The notes beneath the pieces were generated by a model. That model searched no databases and had not been told where the DNA came from. It saw only the letters and a list, made by a program, of their open reading frames with translations. The translations under genes and the position numbers were made by a program. A stretch of DNA of 41,789 nucleotides, from assembly GCA_000320545.1 (NCBI GenBank), contig ADNK01000556.1:1-41789 (forward strand). The letters run 5' to 3'. Shown piece by piece: positions 37,143 to 41,789 of this stretch. Origin of the DNA: Bigelowiella natans CCMP2755. Lineage: Eukaryota > Protista > Cercozoa. Position 1 is the first letter of the stretch; each line of letters begins with the position of its first letter.

Positions 37143-38390
37143 TCCATACATTTTTATGGAGCAGAGGATTGAGAGAGAGAAAGAGAGGGGGGGAGGGGGG
37201 AAGTGAGCATCCTCGACATGCGTTAACTGCTTATGAAGACAATAGTCTAACGAACACTGATGGAGTAGGGTAGAGCTTACAGATCTTGGTGTTCGCCGTC
37301 TCCATCGTCATCATCATAGCTCTGCGAGTGAAGCTTTAGTCTTTGTCCAGCCAAAATAGGCTCATCTAAGGTTATTATCTCAAGGTGTGAAAAGGATGAA
37401 GATGAGGATGAGGATGAGGAGGAGGAGGAGGACGAGAAATACGATACACTACAACTACGATGGAAAAAAGCTCACTCACCAGCCTCCTCCAAGCCTCTGG
37501 TTCGTGCCTCTTCGTAATCAATTGCACTTGGTTGAACTTCGATCTGGAGGGGGGAAACAGCGATCGATAGATAAACGACATCATGAGAGTGCCACATTCA
37601 GCATTTGCCGTATTAACTTTTCCACCACCACCACCACCTTGTCTTCGATCTTTACATCCGTCTCTCTAACGTAGATATTTCTGCAGGAGGGGGGGACGAA
37701 GATGGCGACAGCGATAACGAGAATGTTATTGAGATGGTACTAGAAACGATTTGTATGAGTAGATTAGCATGGCATGATCAACTGACCCCATTTTCTCCGC
37801 TCCTTCGGTCTTTTCTTGGAATCGAAGCTGTGTAGAAGAACACGGCAGGATTATTGGTATCGATAATACATTTTATTTAAGTGGGATTCATAGTTCGGTG
37901 TAAAAGTCTTCGCGATGTTATCGTTACTCTCTCCTCCTCGGAAGAGCTTGGAATCTCTCCCGCGTTGATCTTGAGCTGTCTTTGTGCCTTTTCTATCTTT
38001 TCTTGAAGCCATTCTTCATTAGGGTCAATCTCTCTGTCTCCGGGTTGCTGCAATGAAGTATACACACGCATTTTTTGGAGAAGTAGCAGTATTAGTGTGT
38101 GATCGATCTGGTTGAATATGTAGTACCCTATTCTATTCTTCTTCGCTACTTGTATTATAACCGCTTCTCTTTTGTGCGTGTCTCCCCTCACTTCTCCACC
38201 CTTCCCCAATACCCATCGTATCCAAGTGCGAAAGGAGGCAACAAGAAGTGGGGAAGATAGAAAGACGGGAGACACAAAAACGAGAGAAAAAGAGAGAGAG
38301 AAGGGGGGCGGGGGGTAAGAAGCGTTGTGCTATTACGTATCCATCCGAGTAGGTATCTCCATATCGATCATTCTCCATTCCACCACCACC

Positions 38391-38424
<34 letters not shown>

Positions 38425-38518
38425 TCGTTTTCTCCGCCATTCTTCCTTTGACGCTGCTTCGTTGATGATGCTGGTGACGACGAGGAGGAGCCATCCTATC
38501 GCATCGAGACCAGAATTC

Positions 38519-38555
<37 letters not shown>

Positions 38556-39767
38556 ATGTCGGTGAATAGAGCGTCAACAACCAGAAGTACACATCACGAA
38601 CGGTTTTTTTTCGGAGGAAAGTGTAAATATAACCGTATACTACTACTACTACTACTACTACTACTACCTCATGGTTGGCGCTAAACAGTCGCTTGGATCT
38701 GTGATATCGTGGCGCGGGCTCTGGTGACATACGCTGGTGATTGTGGCAAAGAAGTCGCACAAAATGCATTATTAATCTACTTCTTGATGAAAGAACACCG
38801 TGTGTGCAGACATGCGTACAAATATCTGTGCATGCGGACTCGGTGTGAAGAAAGTTCAACGATTGCATTCACTCCAACTGCACGAATGCTCCACACTTGT
38901 AGTTATTACTTCAAGTGGCCGCATTCTTTGTTGAAGCCCTTCCGCGCCTTCATCCAGAACCTGATTATTTTTAGATCAAGATGAGCATCAGAAATAAAGG
39001 CTCGCCTTGTGTGCTAGAAGGTCCACTTCTGAGCCATTTCTAGTGCCAGAAAGGAGGAGTGCTTGCGCGCTTCTTACCGGCGAATAATCAATAATTTGCC
39101 CACGCTTCTTACTCCTCTTCCTCCCACCGAGAACATCGTAGTCGTCACCATCAGTCGAACCAGAGCCGATGGAACCAGAAGATGACACCCCCCTTACCTT
39201 GCCATCACTGACGATATTACCGCAGTGAAACAGGAGAGGAGGAGAGGGGTAGTGTCTTAGCGGAGGCAGCTCGAAAACGCGAATAACAATATTTCTATTA
39301 TCAACGCTCATCTTCACGTATCTTTAGCCTCGATGTTGGCCCTCCCCCCCCTTCCCCCCCACTGAACACGTCCCAGAAAGGAATATGATCGAATACGAAT
39401 GTCCTCCCCCCCTCCTCCTCCCCCCCCATCGATATGAAGAATGATACTCTTTGGAGCATTCGTTTTCTTACTGGTTCTTAAATGCCTCGGCAGGTAGCTC
39501 ATCCAAGGAGTCTCCTCCTCCTCCTAATATCATCATCATAATTATTATTATTATTATTACACTTTCCCATGTACAATCATGATCTTCCTCAACGATTTAC
39601 TACAATGAGAATAGTGTTTCGCCATCAGAGAGGGGGGCTGTTAGGCTGCAACAATAGAAAAAACCTTCTTCTTCATCGCTCCAAAATTCCTCAGAACTTC
39701 CAACTTGGAGAAGTATCTGTCGGGCCTGTGTGTATATAAACGCGTGGTAAACAAACGGCCGCCGTCC

Positions 39768-39803
<36 letters not shown>

Positions 39804-40206
39804 AAATTCATATAATATCTGAAAAATCCCTTCTACTCTATTTTCTTTCTTCCCTCTCCTTTTCCAATCGGCGATTGGGTACCTTTTTGCGCACTTTCCT
39901 GAATTTCTTCATGTCAATACCCACATCAGCAGCAGCAGTAGCAGCGTTTTCCGATGGGTAAACAGAAATGCCGGCTCCCTAATTGCCAGGCTTTCTTTCA
40001 GATGAATGTAGATGACAATGATGGTGATGGTGATGAGGATGATAGATGATGGAGATGAGTTATGTCTATAGATCACGGATGTCGATGCACATGTGAAGGT
40101 ATAAGATGGCTGCTGCCTTCTCGTTGTACACCGGCTTTATACTATTGCATCTTCTCTTCTTCTTTTTCCATCATCATGACCATCGTGTCATATCATCATC
40201 AACATT

Positions 40207-40243
<37 letters not shown>

Positions 40244-40990
40244 GCAACACACAATGATGACCGTCAAGTTGAAATACTCCCCAATTGTGATGTTTGGAAG
40301 AGGCGCGTCATCGAAAAAGCCGACGTGCTCGTACGGATCTCTCATGTGGAGATTGCTACGAGGAGTTCCATAGAGTCCCCTCCCCCTCCCCCTCCCCCCT
40401 GGATATCGGAGCTGCTCAAAACTTTTCTGCATTATACGTGTTATGGTACGGGTGAATACATACTGAGATATATTGACGTGGGAGTGTGCGTGTGCGTGTG
40501 AGTGTGCGTGCTTGCTTGTAAGTATAAGCGTGTATCTTCCATGCATTGAATGCGATTCCTGTTCTCTTTTGACTTTGGTGGGCTTTAGTGGCTGGATCAT
40601 ATCTTTCTTCGATAGGTCATCTGTGGACGCGCCGCTCGCTTCTGCACAGGGGAAGAGAGGAGGAGAAGATGACGACGATACAGCAACCAATGAGTTTCGT
40701 CTGCTTCTCAGTCGCAGCGGGGTATTACTTACCATCGGCATACAGAGTATTTCCTGCTCGAGAGCCCTCGATGTCCATCTCGCTGCGAAAACACGTGATG
40801 TGATGTGATGACCAGCATCGTTTTGAGAACGGTGTTTTTCCGTTTGGGAAATCGAGAGCTGAGCAAGAGCTAATTTTCGATGTAAATTGTTTGTGCAGCA
40901 AACACCTGAGCAGCTCCTTCCCCGTTACTGATTGTCGTATTCCTGCAGCAAAATTGATGATGATGATGATGATGATGTGAAACTGTAGTC

Positions 40991-41021
<31 letters not shown>

Positions 41022-41459
41022 CAGTAGTAAGAATATCGTCCCTCTTGTTCTCAGAGTAGAATGGTATTTTATGGTATGCACCTTCTTCATCGATGTATTG
41101 CAACGTTTGGCCCCTTTATAGCACACACAGAAACACGCGTGCGCGCGCACACACGCACACACAGAGAGAGAGGGGGGGAGGAAGTGAGAGGAGAGATTAA
41201 CAATAAAGAAAATTAACACATTTGAACGCTCAGCAGTCCCAACTAGTACGAGTTGAGTCTCGTAAAGCAGCAAGCATATGATGGTGCTTGTTCCATCACG
41301 TTAGTTGCTTCAATCACCCCTTCAAGCCTGATAAGCCGTCGTCATCTTCTTCTTCGGTATCGTCGGTGATCTGATGTGCACATTCCGCCACCACCTCTAG
41401 CTCTCCTTCTGGTACTTTTCCGCGCCATACTAAATCGATATGTGGAGCATGATATTTTA

Positions 41460-41496
<37 letters not shown>

Positions 41497-41789
41497 CCCC
41501 CCCCTCACACACACACACACACCACCACCACCACACACACACAATAACAACAGCGCACGCACACACGATAACGACTCACCAGCTATAGCGTTCAGCCTTG
41601 AGTTTGTTCTCCATATTCTGAAATGTGGGGGGGATAACAACAACCACCATCATCACAACCGTCTTTTTTTCCTTCTCGCTCTTCCTCGAGGATCCTGATA
41701 AAGTATAATTCAACTGCGTGCTAGCGGGTGAAATACTGGGCTGCTTTAAACCAACTAGTCGCGTGGGGGGGGACTTACTTATTGATGAA
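36290..41789 (-). CDS. 3' part of an unidentified multi-exon gene, probably continuing beyond the window
   Basis: GT-AG-bounded exon-like blocks between microsatellite introns, e.g. HIDLVWRGKVPEGELEVVAECAHQITDD, GIRQSVTGKELLRCLLHKQF, GIDMKKFRKVRKK|ARQILLQVGSSEEFWSDEEE, EIDPNEEWLQEKIEKAQRQLK, VEDVEARLKSLMENDGSK. No recognisable domain; the end is uncertain. Confidence 0.55.

Noticed and set aside
39650-39725. MBD-like motif RYFSKLEVLRNF on the minus strand
   Set aside because: Splice phase with the preceding exon favours the other frame (ARQILLQVGSSEEFWSDEEE), and the rest of the MBD motif is absent.

Overview
Intron-dense eukaryotic nuclear DNA. A signal peptide plus Ser/Arg-rich transit-like leader on one gene suggests a secondary-plastid alga such as a chlorarachniophyte (inference). 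Contents in order: 3' end and LTR of an LTR retrotransposon; multi-exon LRR gene (+); MRH/M6PR-like EGF membrane protein (-); UBC8/UBE2H-type E2 (+); exportin-T (-, about 12 kb); intronless AN1 zinc-finger gene (+); a ~7 kb repeat/pseudogene block; proteasome alpha-5 (-); and the 3' part of an unidentified multi-exon gene (-). The main observation is a set of locally confined domains (strongest at 26685-30753) where TpA is almost absent and TpG/CpA are abundant, CpG is retained, and most surviving TpA sits in CTAG. Aligned repeat copies show reciprocal TG/CA differences, and coding remnants appear to have Tyr replaced by Cys/His. This points to a repeat-associated A:T-to-G:C hypermutation process, opposite in direction to fungal RIP. 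Counts and exon models were done by eye and are approximate.
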